A stretch of 63,997 nt of DNA, filler included, from an uncultured Myxococcia bacterium (lineage in GTDB: Bacteria; CAZTWC01), in the NCBI GenBank assembly GCA_964617105.1. It is 9 parts of 9 records of this genome, joined end to end, with 100 filler letters (N's around TTAATTAATTAA, not from the genome) between each part and the next. Parts side by side here need not be neighbours in the genome. Positions count along the whole stretch, not along the records: positions 14,377 to 21,453 come from CAZTWC010000199.1; positions 21,554 to 28,603 come from CAZTWC010000200.1; positions 28,704 to 35,752 come from CAZTWC010000201.1; 6 more parts are not named here. One strand, given 5' to 3'. Shown here piece after piece: positions 20,057 through 31,407 of the stretch. Position 1 is the first letter of the stretch. Each line of letters begins with the position of its first letter. Made by a program: the position numbers and the translations under genes. The notes beneath the pieces were generated by a model. That model was not told where the DNA came from. It did not search any database and was given only the letters and a program-made list of their open reading frames with translations.

Positions 20057-21216
20057 CTATTCGACGATCTCAGAAACTACGCCGGCGCCAACTGTACGAC
20101 CGCCTTCTCTAATAGCGAAACGCAACTCTTTTTCCATGGCGATGGGGGTAATCAACCTGACTTCAACACTCACGTTGTCACCAGGCATAACCATTTCAAC
20201 ACCTTCGGGTAATGTTACTGAACCGGTAACATCGGTGGTCCGGAAATAAAATTGTGGTCTGTAACCGTTGAAGAAGGGAGTGTGTCTTCCACCTTCCTCT
20301 TTGGACAGCACGTATACCTCGCCTTTAAAATGGGTATGAGGTTTAATACTTCCTGGTTTTGCTAACACCTGGCCGCGTTCGATATCAGTTCTTTTTACAC
20401 CACGAAGCAAGCAACCAACATTATCGCCTGCCTGGCCTTCATCCATGGTTTTGCGGAACATCTCCACACCGGTAACCACTGTTTTGACGGTATCTTTGAT
20501 ACCAACCACTTCAACCTCTTCACTCATCTTAATTTGGCCGCGGTCAATTCTACCAGTGGCCACAGTTCCACGACCACTAATGGTAAATACATCTTCTACA
20601 GGCATTAAGAAAGGCTTATCTATATCTCTGACAGGCTCAGGCACATAGTCATCAACCGCCTTGATCAACTCAAAGATACATTTGGCCTCATCCGAATCGG
20701 GATTATCAGATTGACCGGCTTTCAAGGCACTACCCATAACAATAGGTATATCATCGCCAGGGAACTCATATTCGGAAAGCAATTCGCGCAGTTCCAATTC
20801 AACCAATTCCAGCAGTTCAGGGTCATCTACCATATCGGTTTTGTTCATGAACACCACAATATAGGGAACGCCAACCTGTCTGGCTAGCAAAATATGTTCG
20901 CGGGTTTGAGGCATGGGGCCATCGGCAGCACTCACAACCAGGATAGCGCCGTCCATTTGGGCAGCACCGGTAATCATGTTTTTGACATAGTCGGCATGAC
21001 CTGGGCAGTCCACATGAGCATAATGCCTGGTTTCAGATTCATATTCCACATGAGCAGTGGCTATGGTAATTCGTCAAAAGCCATAAAGTCGGCCAATCCT
21101 TTTTTATGCAACAATTTGGTCATAGCCGAAGTCAGGGTAGTTTTACCGTGATCCACGTGCCCGATGGTACCTACGTTTACATGCGGTTTGCTGCGCACAA
21201 ATTTTTCTCTAGCCAT
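20057..21216 (-). CDS. tuf: Elongation factor Tu with an apparent ~34-nt frameshifting deletion near 21070 (assembly error or pseudogene)
   Basis: ATG 21216 gives [27 protein letters not shown]...AFDE, then joins out of frame to [10 protein letters not shown]; the IDKAPEExxRG segment is missing; the rest is intact EF-Tu. Confidence 0.93.
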
Positions 21217-21308
21217 TGGTTTCTCCTCCTAAAAAGAATATATGGAATGAGGGCTATTCAAAAATAAACAGATAAATTAGTATTAATATCGTTTTATTTA
21301 TATCAATA

Positions 21309-21384
21309 TGGAGCCCATGACCGGAATTGAACCGGTGACCTTTTCCTTACCAAGGAAATGCTCTACCGCCTGAGCTACATGGGC
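21309..21384 (-). tRNA. tRNA-Thr(GGT)
   Basis: GCCCATGTAGCTCAG...TTTCC-TTGGTAA-GGAAA...GGTTCAATTCC...ATGGGCTCCA. Confidence 0.95.
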
Positions 21385-21396
21385 GCCTCGTATTCT

Positions 21397-21453
21397 TGGA
21401 GCGGGAAACGGGATTCGAACCCGCGACCCTCAGCTTGGAAGGCTGATGCTCTA
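21397..21453 (-). tRNA. tRNA-Gly(TCC), 5'-truncated by contig end
   Basis: TCAGC-CTTCCAA-GCTGA anticodon arm, GGTTCGAATCC T-arm, CCA end. Confidence 0.9.
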
Positions 21454-21553
21454 NNNNNNNNNNNNNNNNNNNNNNNNNNNNNNNNNNNNNNNNNNNNTTA
21501 ATTAATTAANNNNNNNNNNNNNNNNNNNNNNNNNNNNNNNNNNNNNNNNNNNN

Positions 21554-23020
21554 CATCCTGAAAACCTGATATTACAAGTAGTTTCCGAATGTGGAATAAT
21601 AACCTCCATTTTTTTCTGCTTACTTTTCCTTTTTTTCCTTTACCAAAATTTTAAAGAGAGAAAAATTACCCCTCTTCAAAAAGGGGCTTGGTGCGGGCTG
21701 CTATTTCTGGGTATCCAAAATCTGGGAGATTTTAACCTGGAATTTATGGGCACCGGATTATTGGCGATTGTATCTTTGTCCTTAGTTTTTAATCGGTCTC
21801 CTGCCTGGAGTAAAAGGATTAAAATTCCAATTTTTCTCCTCCTGGCCACAACTCTTTTGACAATATCCGCAATTGGCTTACCCTGGGTTTGGAATAATTC
21901 TCTGGAAACTATGTTTAAAACCGCCAACCGGTTTGATCAAAAATTGGATCCCAGGATACTCAAAACTATCTCCTCCTCGATTAACCTCCATTCGAATAAT
22001 TACTATCTGTATTACCGCACCGGAGAGTATCTGGCCAAAGTAGGAAAAAAAAAATATCCCTTGGCTTTAAAATGGTTAAATATATCAATCTATCTTAATC
22101 CCACCTATTGGCCAGCCTTAAATTTGACTGGACATCTGCTTTTTGAACTTGACAAGCCTCTAAATGCTGCTTCCGCCTGGAGACTTTTACTTAATTATAA
22201 TCCCAGATCAACCCCAAAAATACTAAATGTTTATGCAACGAAATACAATTCGTTTGAGGATCTGGTAAAACTAATCCCACCCCAGAATAAAGAAGCAATA
22301 GCATATTTTGTTGAATATGCATTAAAAAATAATCGACCTTCTTTTTGCCAAAAAACTATTAGTATGATGCAAAATAATGTTGAAAAAGAATTTCAACCGG
22401 ATTCAATACTGTGGCGATTAAGACTTAATCTTCAATGCCTTAAAGAGAAAAAAACAAAGGTGGCCAACTTATTGGAAAAACTAATGGATACCGATTATCA
22501 AAATCCGGATGATTATGTCAGGATTATTCGCACCTTGCACAGTTTTCATCTGATGCCTGTAGCGATGGAAATACTCAAAAAAAGCTTGACTATCTTTCCT
22601 TACAACCTTCATCTTCATCTGGAAAAAGTTCATAATATGCTCATTAAAGCAAAACCGGATATTGCCTTAAAGTTATTAAACGATATTGAAAATACTGCCT
22701 TTTATCACAATAATCAGCATGATCTGAATCAGATCTATTATTTAAAAGCATCTGCCTACCGGCAAAAAAAACAGCCCTTAAAAGTTATCCAGGAATATGA
22801 AAAGATACTGATATCAGAACCTTATAATATCTCTCTTAAAATAAATATCGCCAGGTTATACATAAAATTAAAACAACTTTTTTTAGCCCAAAATATATAT
22901 ATAGAAATTTTACAAATAGACCCAAACAATAAAAATATCCAAGAAGAATTAAAAAAAGTAGAGGATAAGATAAAAAAGAGAGAAAAAGACGCTAAGTGGC
23001 GGTATTTGTTAGAGAGGTAA
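21554..23020 (+). CDS. O-antigen ligase / O-oligosaccharyltransferase family membrane protein with C-terminal TPRs; 5'-truncated
   Basis: Frame is open upstream of ORF 21746 and reads HPENLILQVVSECG...QNLGDFNL (Wzy_C-like); TPR-like helices follow. Confidence 0.7.
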   Translation, partial: HPENLILQVVSECGIITSIFFCLLFLFFLYQNFKERKITPLQKGAWCGLLFLGIQNLGDFNLEFMGTGLLAIVSLSLVFNRSPAWSKRIKIPIFLLLATTLLTISAIGLPWVWNNSLETMFKTANRFDQKLDPRILKTISSSINLHSNNYYLYYRTGEYLAKVGKKKYPLALKWLNISIYLNPTYWPALNLTGHLLFELDKPLNAASAWRLLLNYNPRSTPKILNVYATKYNSFEDLVKLIPPQNKEAIAYFVEYALKNNRPSFCQKTISMMQNNVEKEFQPDSILWRLRLNLQCLKEKKTKVANLLEKLMDTDYQNPDDYVRIIRTLHSFHLMPVAMEILKKSLTIFPYNLHLHLEKVHNMLIKAKPDIALKLLNDIENTAFYHNNQHDLNQIYYLKASAYRQKKQPLKVIQEYEKILISEPYNISLKINIARLYIKLKQLFLAQNIYIEILQIDPNNKNIQEELKKVEDKIKKREKDAKWRYLLER

Positions 23021-23072
23021 TTCGACTCTAATTAATGGTGCCTCCATCAATAAAAATATACCGAAATTTCCT

Positions 23073-23101
23073 TTGACTTTTGACTTAACCTCGACTATAT
23101 T
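23073..23101 (+). promoter_or_regulatory. Putative sigma-70 promoter of the polysaccharide operon
   Basis: TTGACT-N17-TATATT about 300 nt upstream of the MarR-like gene. Confidence 0.5.
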
Positions 23102-23400
23102 AGTGAACGTTTAGTTTCTAAACGCCCTGCTATGAAAACATATTTCTCCCGGTCAAATATGCCTACCAATCGAATTTACTGCTTTTAGTTGCTGGGGGAG
23201 ATTCCAATTACTTTCAAATCGAGTGTTCTACACCTCGAAATGGCGGAGCTATGCCCTTCGAGGTTAATTGGCTGATAAAGTCTGTATCTCTGGCAACGAT
23301 AATGAGACTATATCAGGAACTTTCATACGCAAAACAGCAGATAGATCAAATAGTTTACCAAGAATAAACATATTCCTAAACCTCCAACAAAATAAATACC

Positions 23401-24003
23401 ATGGAAATTAACACAGAAGAATTCCACCATCTCTCTATTCTCGATGTTCTGCTCAATGATGAAAATTTTTCTCAGCGGGATATTGCCTGTCTGACAGGTT
23501 TAAACCTGGCCAAGGTTAATTTTTGCCTGAAAAAATTGGCTGGTAAAGGATATATCAAATTTAGGAATGTCAGTAAAAACAATAATAAATTACGATATTT
23601 GTATCTCATTACCCCAAAAGGGCTGCAGGAAAAGACCAGGCTGACCTATAATTTTATCAAGCGAACGCTGAAAGATTACTGTGATATTGAAAAAAAGATC
23701 TTGGAAAATATATCCCGGTTAGAAAAAAATGGTTCTAACAAGATTACTCTATTAGGAATGGGCGATATAACCAGAATTTTTTGCTCTCTTGCTCAAAAAA
23801 ATGGCCAAATCGCCATCACTGCTATTATTGACAACGCCTATTCAGGAGAGGAATACAACAGCATTCGGGTGGTGAGCGTTCAAGAGGCGATAAAAATGGA
23901 TATTCATCCTATTTTTATCTGTGATCATGACCAGGGAGAGCAATTTAAACAGCAATTATCTGAACAACAAATTCAGGAAACGGAATTAATCTGGCTTGTG
24001 TGA
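23401..24003 (+). CDS. EPS-associated MarR family transcriptional regulator
   Basis: SQRDIA...LAKVNFCLKKL..KG...RYLYLITPKGLQEKTRLT pattern; heads a polysaccharide locus. Confidence 0.88.
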   Translation: MEINTEEFHHLSILDVLLNDENFSQRDIACLTGLNLAKVNFCLKKLAGKGYIKFRNVSKNNNKLRYLYLITPKGLQEKTRLTYNFIKRTLKDYCDIEKKILENISRLEKNGSNKITLLGMGDITRIFCSLAQKNGQIAITAIIDNAYSGEEYNSIRVVSVQEAIKMDIHPIFICDHDQGEQFKQQLSEQQIQETELIWLV

Positions 24004-25289
24004 GTGTGAGAAGATATATGAATAAAGTTTTCATCAATAAAAAACCAAAAGAGATCACCATAAAAAGTTTTATGGGTATTTTTTTAGTCGGGCTAACGAT
24101 ATATTGCATGAATTATTCTGCATTAGATATGATAGTAGGCTTTTTTTCCGGGTACCATCATTATGTTCTCTCCACTATGCTGTTAACATTGGGGATTATT
24201 ATCGTAACGTTAACATTCAAAAATTACCGGATTAAAATCAGGATAGAACAAATTTTATTACTAACCTGGTTTTTTTGGTGTTTATTTACAATCAATTTTT
24301 TTCATGATCATATATACCAATATGAGACATTTCCATTACTGCTTAAACTTGTACTCATGTGTGTGGTACTGTTTTTAACTTATAATTGTGTAATATTAAA
24401 AAATCCGCTTAAAGTTTTATTTGTTGGGTTCTTCCTGGGGGGCGTTCTAATCAGCATCTTGAGTGTTATTTCCGGTCAGGTAGTTTCTGTAATAATTAAA
24501 CCCGATCATCTTAACAGGCTTGGAAGCGAAATTGTTGGCAATTCTAATGATTACGCTTATTTGCTCATGTTCGCAATTTTTGCCTGCGTTTATTTCTTAT
24601 ATCTAACCCCAAAAAAATATAAAAAAATTTTTTTACTGGCATTTATCGCATTATTATTTTTTTTTATTGTGCTGTCAGCATCCCGCAAGGCTTTATTGTG
24701 CACACTCTCATTTTTTTTGTTAGCATTTTACAATTATTACCAACCTAGTAAGAAAAAAAAGATACTAATTTCAATCCCTTTCATTCTGTTTATGGGTTGT
24801 CTAATTATAACCATAGGCACACAAACTTTTATGGGAGAAAGGCTACAAAAAGGACTTGAAATTGAAGTTCAAGCAGATAGTCTTACCCAACGTGCCCATG
24901 GAAGAGGAAGGTTATACGTACAAGCCACAGAACTCTTGCCAAAACACTTTATAGTGGGTGTTGGGCTAGGAAATTTTCATCTAGTTGACGAATTTTCTGA
25001 AGCCTCTCACTCTGAATATATATCATTATTGATCGGTACCGGGATTCCAGGATTTATTTTATATTTTTTGGTTTATCTATTGATATTTTTAAGGCTTAAT
25101 AAAATAAAAAAATTTAGTCGTGATAAAAACACTATTTTTAATTGTAAACTCTTGCAGTCAATTATTATCACCATCCTGCTAATAGATTTTGGCCGTTGGA
25201 ACTATAGCCATTATATAACCTATATTTTTATGGCTGTAGCATGCGCATATTCATACAAATATCACCATAGAATTCCCAAGTTATCTTGA
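24000..25289 (+). CDS. O-antigen polymerase/ligase family (Wzy-like) membrane protein
   Basis: About 10-11 TM segments; NSN, SASRKA, GVGLGNF and HSEYI..L..TGI motifs. Confidence 0.75.
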   Translation: MSVRRYMNKVFINKKPKEITIKSFMGIFLVGLTIYCMNYSALDMIVGFFSGYHHYVLSTMLLTLGIIIVTLTFKNYRIKIRIEQILLLTWFFWCLFTINFFHDHIYQYETFPLLLKLVLMCVVLFLTYNCVILKNPLKVLFVGFFLGGVLISILSVISGQVVSVIIKPDHLNRLGSEIVGNSNDYAYLLMFAIFACVYFLYLTPKKYKKIFLLAFIALLFFFIVLSASRKALLCTLSFFLLAFYNYYQPSKKKKILISIPFILFMGCLIITIGTQTFMGERLQKGLEIEVQADSLTQRAHGRGRLYVQATELLPKHFIVGVGLGNFHLVDEFSEASHSEYISLLIGTGIPGFILYFLVYLLIFLRLNKIKKFSRDKNTIFNCKLLQSIIITILLIDFGRWNYSHYITYIFMAVACAYSYKYHHRIPKLS

Positions 25290-26632
25290 ATATAAAAATG
25301 CGGCCATTTGTCATCGCAAAAAACCAAATATCCTTTTTTTATCACCAATTACTACACTCAAAATTCGTTAAAAACGTATTAACTTTATCTAGCGGTACAG
25401 TTGTTGCTCAAGCGATATCCTTTTTATCTGCCCCGATAATCACCCGTTTATTTCTGCCGGAAAGTTTCGGTTTTTTAGCAACCATAATGGCTGTTTCCGG
25501 TATTATATCAGTTATCTCCTGTTTATCTTATGAGCGGGCTATTGTCCTTCCAAACAAAAATTTTGATTCAGCGGCAATAATAGCGTTATGCTTAATAATA
25601 TTATGCGGTGTTACCGTTTTTACCACTGCTGGTATTGTGGTTAGTGGAGGGCTACTTAATTCTGAAATAATTTTTAATAAATTAGGCGGGTGGCAATTGC
25701 TTATTCCCTTATTTGTCTTTGGAAATTGTTTTTTTAACATATTTAATCAATGGTTTATCCGAATCAAGGCATTCAAATATCTGGCTCAAATTACAATAAT
25801 CAGATCTATTATTGTGTCAATGAGTAAAATCTTGGTTGGAATCTTTGCTGGAGCCATTACTGGAGGGTTGATAGGAAGTACCTTGGCTGGAGTCTTTGTT
25901 GGAGTGCTATTTATCAGTTGGCGGTCAATTACAATTAAGCCATCGATTACCGCTTTGATGCAGAGCGTTAACCGGCAAGCAATTACTGTTCAAGCCATAA
26001 AATTTAAGAAATTCCCCCTCTATTCAAGTTGGAATTCCCTTTTAAACACCTTCTCGCAGGAAGTTATTGTGTTGCTGTTTGCCTATTTTTATTCTCCCGT
26101 TGTGGTTGGCTTATACCACTTGGCCAAACGGATGCTTCAACAGCCCATTTTTTTTATTGCAAAATCTGTTAATGACGTCTACTTGCAAAAAGCATCGCAG
26201 CAGATTGCAAATAATCAGGATATACTTGCGGGGTTAAAAAAAACAACTTTGGTCTTGGCTCTTTTAGGCGTGATTCCTTTTACTTTAATTGCAATATTTG
26301 GGCAACCAATCTTTAGGCTCATTTTTGGAGAAAATTGGTCAGAAGCCGGTCGTTATGCTCAAGTACTTTCTCCCTGGTTATTTTTCTTGTTTATTAATAA
26401 ACCAGCCAATGTGCTCTTTGTTGTATTGCAGAAGTTACAATTTCTGTTAGGTTACAACATCTTTCTCACCATAGCCAGAATTGCAGCCATTATTGTTGGC
26501 TTTATATTTTGGGACAGCGCCCTGGCCAGTTTGGCTCTTTTTAGTGCAGTGGGAATCCTTTTTAATATTATCTTTATTTCAAAAGCATTTGTGCTTGCCT
26601 TAGAATCACGTAACAAAAAAATAGCGGCATAA
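25286..26632 (+). CDS. Oligosaccharide flippase (Wzx-like)
   Basis: GTVVAQ...PIITRL..PESFG, YERAIVLP and FGENWSEAG motifs; multi-TM. Confidence 0.85.
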   Translation: MNIKMRPFVIAKNQISFFYHQLLHSKFVKNVLTLSSGTVVAQAISFLSAPIITRLFLPESFGFLATIMAVSGIISVISCLSYERAIVLPNKNFDSAAIIALCLIILCGVTVFTTAGIVVSGGLLNSEIIFNKLGGWQLLIPLFVFGNCFFNIFNQWFIRIKAFKYLAQITIIRSIIVSMSKILVGIFAGAITGGLIGSTLAGVFVGVLFISWRSITIKPSITALMQSVNRQAITVQAIKFKKFPLYSSWNSLLNTFSQEVIVLLFAYFYSPVVVGLYHLAKRMLQQPIFFIAKSVNDVYLQKASQQIANNQDILAGLKKTTLVLALLGVIPFTLIAIFGQPIFRLIFGENWSEAGRYAQVLSPWLFFLFINKPANVLFVVLQKLQFLLGYNIFLTIARIAAIIVGFIFWDSALASLALFSAVGILFNIIFISKAFVLALESRNKKIAA

Positions 26633-26648
26633 ATAGGTAGTATTTAAA

Positions 26649-27701
26649 ATGAAAGTAGCAATTTGCAACTCAATCAATAACTCCAACATCTCTACTAAAC
26701 ATAACTATGCAGTTTACCGGGCGATTTTGGAACATAATGGCATTGAATATGTTGCAGTGGATATAAATAAACCTAATATTTGGGAAACTTGCCGAAAATC
26801 AGATGCTTTTATTTATCCCTGGAACCATGAAAACAATGAAGAACAGATATCTTTATCGATAATTCCGATTATAGAAAAGCATCTATCAGTAAAATGTTAC
26901 CCCAACTATGATACCTGTTGGCATTATGACGACAAAATTAAACAGTATTATTTGTTGAAACAGTACCATTTTCCCATTATAGAATCGATGATATTTTTTG
27001 ATAAGAAAAAAGCCTTATCTTGGTTAAAAACCGCAAATTTGCCAACCGTGTTTAAACTTAAAGGAGGGGCTGGTTCTGAGAATGTAATATTGATTAAAAA
27101 TCAAGGTCAGGGTAAAAAACTGATTCAGCGAATGTTTTCTGAAGGCATAATTTCCGGACAGGTATATAGACAACCACTATATTCCAATTTAAACATCAAA
27201 TCCTGGCGGATCAGAAAGAGGTTGAGCATCATAAAACAGAAACTGCAAGGGAACTATCTGTCTCATCACAATGTTCTGCACAAAAATTATCTGCTGTTTC
27301 AAAAATATCTGCCCCATAATGCCTATGACACCCGCATCACCGTCATTGGCCATCGGGCTTTTGGCTTTCAAAGGTTTAACCGACCTAATGATTTCAGGGC
27401 CTCTGGAAGTGGTCTAATTAACCATACTCCAAATAAAATTGACTTAAATTGCGTAAAAATCGCCTTTAAAGTTTCCAAAAAGTTAAATTTCCAGTCTATG
27501 GCCTATGATTTTATTTATGATGAAAATAATCAGCCGTTGATATGTGAGATAAGTTATATTTACCAGGATATAGCGGTTTACAATTGCCACGGATACTGGG
27601 ACGAAAATCTCAATTGGCATGCTGGTCACTATTGGCCTGAATATTGTCAGTTGGCAGACCTGTTGAAGTTGTCCGATCTTGCTCAGCCTTCAATAGATTA
27701 A
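26649..27701 (+). CDS. RimK-like ATP-grasp protein
   Basis: YDDKIKQ, PTVFKLKGGAGSENV, FQKYLP, DTRITVIG, DFRASGSG and MAYDF...EI motifs. Confidence 0.8.
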   Translation: MKVAICNSINNSNISTKHNYAVYRAILEHNGIEYVAVDINKPNIWETCRKSDAFIYPWNHENNEEQISLSIIPIIEKHLSVKCYPNYDTCWHYDDKIKQYYLLKQYHFPIIESMIFFDKKKALSWLKTANLPTVFKLKGGAGSENVILIKNQGQGKKLIQRMFSEGIISGQVYRQPLYSNLNIKSWRIRKRLSIIKQKLQGNYLSHHNVLHKNYLLFQKYLPHNAYDTRITVIGHRAFGFQRFNRPNDFRASGSGLINHTPNKIDLNCVKIAFKVSKKLNFQSMAYDFIYDENNQPLICEISYIYQDIAVYNCHGYWDENLNWHAGHYWPEYCQLADLLKLSDLAQPSID

Positions 27702-27726
27702 TCCACGAAAAATAGTTGTAAACAAC

Positions 27727-28603
27727 ATGGATAGAGATATAGAGATAATAATTGGTGGAGATATTTGTCCCTCCGGGAGTATTGGCTACCTCTTTCAAAA
27801 AGGGAGAGCCAACAAAATCTTTAACGATTTACACCCTATTTTACAAGAGGCGGATATTACTGCTATTAATCTTGAATCCCCTCTCATCGAACAGCCTAGT
27901 CCTATTGTAAAAACCGGTCCGGTTTTAGGAGCCAGTAGTAATTGTATTGCCGGTATAAAAAACGCCGGTATCTCGCTGGTGAACCTGGCTAACAATCATA
28001 TCCTCGACCACGGCCCAAAGGGGCTGCTCAATACTATGGAAGTTTGCCAACAGGCGGGATTGACCACTTTTGGCGGCGGGAATAATTTGAAACGGGCTGG
28101 AGAAATTGCGGTTAAACAAGTTGATGATATGAAAATCGGGTTTATGGGGATGGCTGAACACGAATGGTCAATTGCCGGTAATGACAAACCTGGAGCAAAT
28201 CAACTTGATAGTATCCAATATGTGAGAACCATAAGAGAAAAAAGAAAAAATATTGACTACCTGATTGTATTGGTTCACGGTGGACGAGAAGGATACCCTT
28301 ATCCAACCCCGAATTTACAAAATATTTGCCGTTTCTTCATTGAAGAAGGGGCCAATGCGGTAATTGTCCAACATTCCCATTGCCCAGGATTTTATGAAAA
28401 ATATAACGATTCATACATAGTATATGGCCAGGGAAATTTGATTTTTGAAGGTAAAGAACCTGTTCCTCAAGGTTGGAGTCAGGGTTATCTGGTAAAACTG
28501 TCTATTGGTAAAAATCTATCTACAAAATTAAGACTCTTTCCCTATACTCAGTTTGATGGACATATTGGCGCCAAGCTGATGAAACCCGGTCAGTTTCAGC
28601 AAA
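27727..28603 (+). CDS. CapA / PGA_cap family metallophosphoesterase-like protein; 3'-truncated
   Basis: GD, NLESP, LANNHILDHG, HGGRE, HSH and YGQGN motifs. Confidence 0.85.
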
Positions 28604-28703
28604 NNNNNNNNNNNNNNNNNNNNNNNNNNNNNNNNNNNNNNNNNNNNTTAATTAATTAANNNNNNNNNNNNNNNNNNNNNNNNNNNNNNNNNNNNNNNNN
28701 NNN

Positions 28704-30241
28704 AATTTACGAATAAAGGAAGCATCGTCCTGGGGTTTGACCCCAACCGACAGCACTACCAGGTCCAGTTCATACTCTTCCAACTGGCTGGTGGTGGTAT
28801 TCTCTACCAATACCTTCAAATTTTTACTTTCCTCTACCTCCAGGATCTCCCCCGGTATACCTCGGATATAGCGAACCCCTTCTTGCCGGGAACGCATATA
28901 CATATCCTCGAATCCTTTGCCAAAAGCCCTGATATCAAGGTAAAAGACGTAGTTTTCTGTGTCTGGATAGTGATCCCTCAACAACAAGGTATCTTTTACC
29001 GTGTTCATGCAGCAAATATTGGAACAATAGGGAGAGCCGTATTTTTGTGAACGTGAGCCCACGCACTGAATAAAGCCGATCCGCTTGGGTCGTTGCCGGT
29101 CGCTGGGCCTGATAAAATGGCCCTCAGTTGGACCGCCGGCGCAGATTAAACGCTCGAACTCCATGCTGGTGATCACATTTTCAAAGCGCTTATAACCGTA
29201 TTCCACAATCTCACTGGGATCGTAAATTGACATGCCGGTAGCAACGATGATGGCGCCCACCTGCCTGGTCACCAACTGGTCCGGCATATCAAAATCGATA
29301 CAGTTTTTTTCGCACACTTCAGCACATTTGCCGCAGGCAATGGGATTGTTGCCCAGACAAGTCTCCATGTCGATTAGAAAAGCAGATGGTATTGCCTGGG
29401 GATATTGCAGATAGATCGCTTTTCTGGAGGAGAAACCCTGTTGGTACTGATCCGGAGTGGTGCAGGGACAGACCTTCTCACATTCACCACAGGAATTGCA
29501 GGACTCCACATCCACATAGCGTGCTTTCTTCTGGATAGTAACCTCAAAATTGCCAATGTAACCGGTGACCTTGGTAACCTGGCTGTATGTAATCAACTCT
29601 ATATTGGGATGTCGACCGACATCCATGGCCTTAGGGCCCAAAATTCAGATACTACAGTCCATGGTGGGATAGGTTTTATCCAGAGCAGCCATTATACCGC
29701 CAATGGAGGGCTCTTTTTCTACCAGGCAAACCTGGTGCCCACCATCGGCCAGGTCCAGAGCTGCCTGCATACCAGCCACTCCACCGCCTATTACCAGGGC
29801 TTTTTTAGTCACTGGCACTTGCATCTCCTGCTGCGCCTCCAGATGCCGGGCCCGGGCCACGGCGCTGGCCACCAGGTTTTTGGCTTTCTCAGTGGCGCCC
29901 GCCTTGTCATTGGTATGCACCCAACTGCATTGCTCTCGCAGGTTGGCCATCTCCATCAAGTAAGGGTTGAGACCCACGTCCCAAACACAACCCCGGAAGG
30001 TTGGTTCATGCATGCGGGGTGAACAGGAGGCCACCACCACCCGGTTCAACTGATGTTCCTTAATAGCGGTTTTAATCTCGTTCTGCCCAGGGTCGGCGCA
30101 AGTGTATTTGTTGCGTACTACGCAGCATACATCGGGCAAGGTCCTGGAATATTCCTCCACTTCGGCAGTATCCACCACCCCGGCGATATTCAACCCGCAA
30201 TCGCAAACAAAAACCCCTATTTTCAACTTCTCTTCACCCAT
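28704..30241 (-). CDS. hdrA: Heterodisulfide reductase subunit A (HdrA), selenoprotein (UGA 29645-29647 = Sec199); 3'-truncated
   Basis: [23 protein letters not shown], then [19 protein letters not shown] continuing in frame into ferredoxin motifs and QCVGSR...CSNICC. Confidence 0.9.
29607..29624 (-). promoter_or_regulatory. Bacterial SECIS-like hairpin of hdrA copy 2
   Basis: GGATGTC-GGTC-GACATCC, a perfect 7-bp stem that begins after a 20-nt spacer 3' of the UGA. Confidence 0.8.
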
Positions 30242-30270
30242 GGCAACCTCCCGAATGGCAAAGTTGATAA

Positions 30271-31380
30271 TTAAAGTAAGTTAAACGCTAAAAAATCCCA
30301 CAGATCTCTAATCACTAGATCTTTTTTGTTATCACTCCCCTGTTGAAAGCAAGTCAGGTGGACCAGGCACTTGGGGCAAGCGGTCAATAGGATCTCCGCT
30401 CCAGTAGATCCCGCCTCGGCCAATCTTTTTTGCTGTAGCCTTTTGGTTCCCTGGTCACAATTGATCCAGGCAGTATTGCCGCAACAAATAGAATGTTTGC
30501 GGCAATGTTCCATCTCCTGCAATTGCACCCCATCGACAGCCTGAATTAAGTAGCGGGGTTGCTCATAGATATCGCCATAACGACCAAGCCTACAGGGATC
30601 CTGAAATGTAACTTTCTTTGGTTTTGACTTTTTAAAGGTCAATTTTTGCCCATAAGACTCCAGCAATTGGGAGAGGTGTAGAATCTCCACTCCCAGGCCA
30701 GAATAATCCTCTTTCAGGGTGTTCATACACTCGGGACAGAAAGTGACGATTCTCTGGGCGCCGGTCTCTTCAATGGCCCGGATCAATTCTCCTTCCGTCA
30801 AGTCCAAATGGCGAAAGAACATCTCTTCCTCGCCCCGCAGGCGGAGATCGTGACCGCAGCAACGTTCGTTGGACATGATATGGGGTTGAATGCCAATCTT
30901 GTTTAACAGGCACACTGCTCCCCGCAAAGATGTTACCAGGTTTTCAGCATAAGGCGAACCAAAATAGGCGGCAAAATAGGGAGTGCAGCCCACAAAAAAA
31001 ATAGTGCTGGTTTTGGCTTTTAATTGCAGATCTTCAGTCAGCCATCCTAACCGGTTTTGTTGTAGCCCTGGACGGCTCTGCAAGATGGATATCTGCTCAA
31101 ATACACCGCCGTGGTTACATTTTTTCTGAATCCCCTTTTGGCGGCATAAGACCCGCAGGGAACGATTCAACTCTGAATATGGTAGAGCAGCCGGGCAAAC
31201 CTGCTCGCATAAACGGCAGGTCAGGCATGACCAGAGTTCAGGGTAATCCATTGAGTCAGCCCCCTGGGCAATATATTTTGACAACGATTGCCGGGGAGAA
31301 AACTTCCCGCTCTGAGATACCGGGCAGATAGCGGTGCAACGGCCGCATTCCAGACAGGTATATGGTTGTAATTGGTCCAA
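30271..31380 (-). CDS. HdrD/GlpC-like Fe-S protein (two 4Fe-4S motifs plus two CCG domains)
   Basis: [28 protein letters not shown]...CPEC, DPCRLGR and CCG...ACPKC. Confidence 0.85.
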   Translation of the reverse strand: MDQLQPYTCLECGRCTAICPVSQSGKFSPRQSLSKYIAQGADSMDYPELWSCLTCRLCEQVCPAALPYSELNRSLRVLCRQKGIQKKCNHGGVFEQISILQSRPGLQQNRLGWLTEDLQLKAKTSTIFFVGCTPYFAAYFGSPYAENLVTSLRGAVCLLNKIGIQPHIMSNERCCGHDLRLRGEEEMFFRHLDLTEGELIRAIEETGAQRIVTFCPECMNTLKEDYSGLGVEILHLSQLLESYGQKLTFKKSKPKKVTFQDPCRLGRYGDIYEQPRYLIQAVDGVQLQEMEHCRKHSICCGNTAWINCDQGTKRLQQKRLAEAGSTGAEILLTACPKCLVHLTCFQQGSDNKKDLVIRDLWDFLAFNLL

Positions 31381-31407
31381 AGTCGTTCCTTATTTTTGAG
31401 CGAGCCC

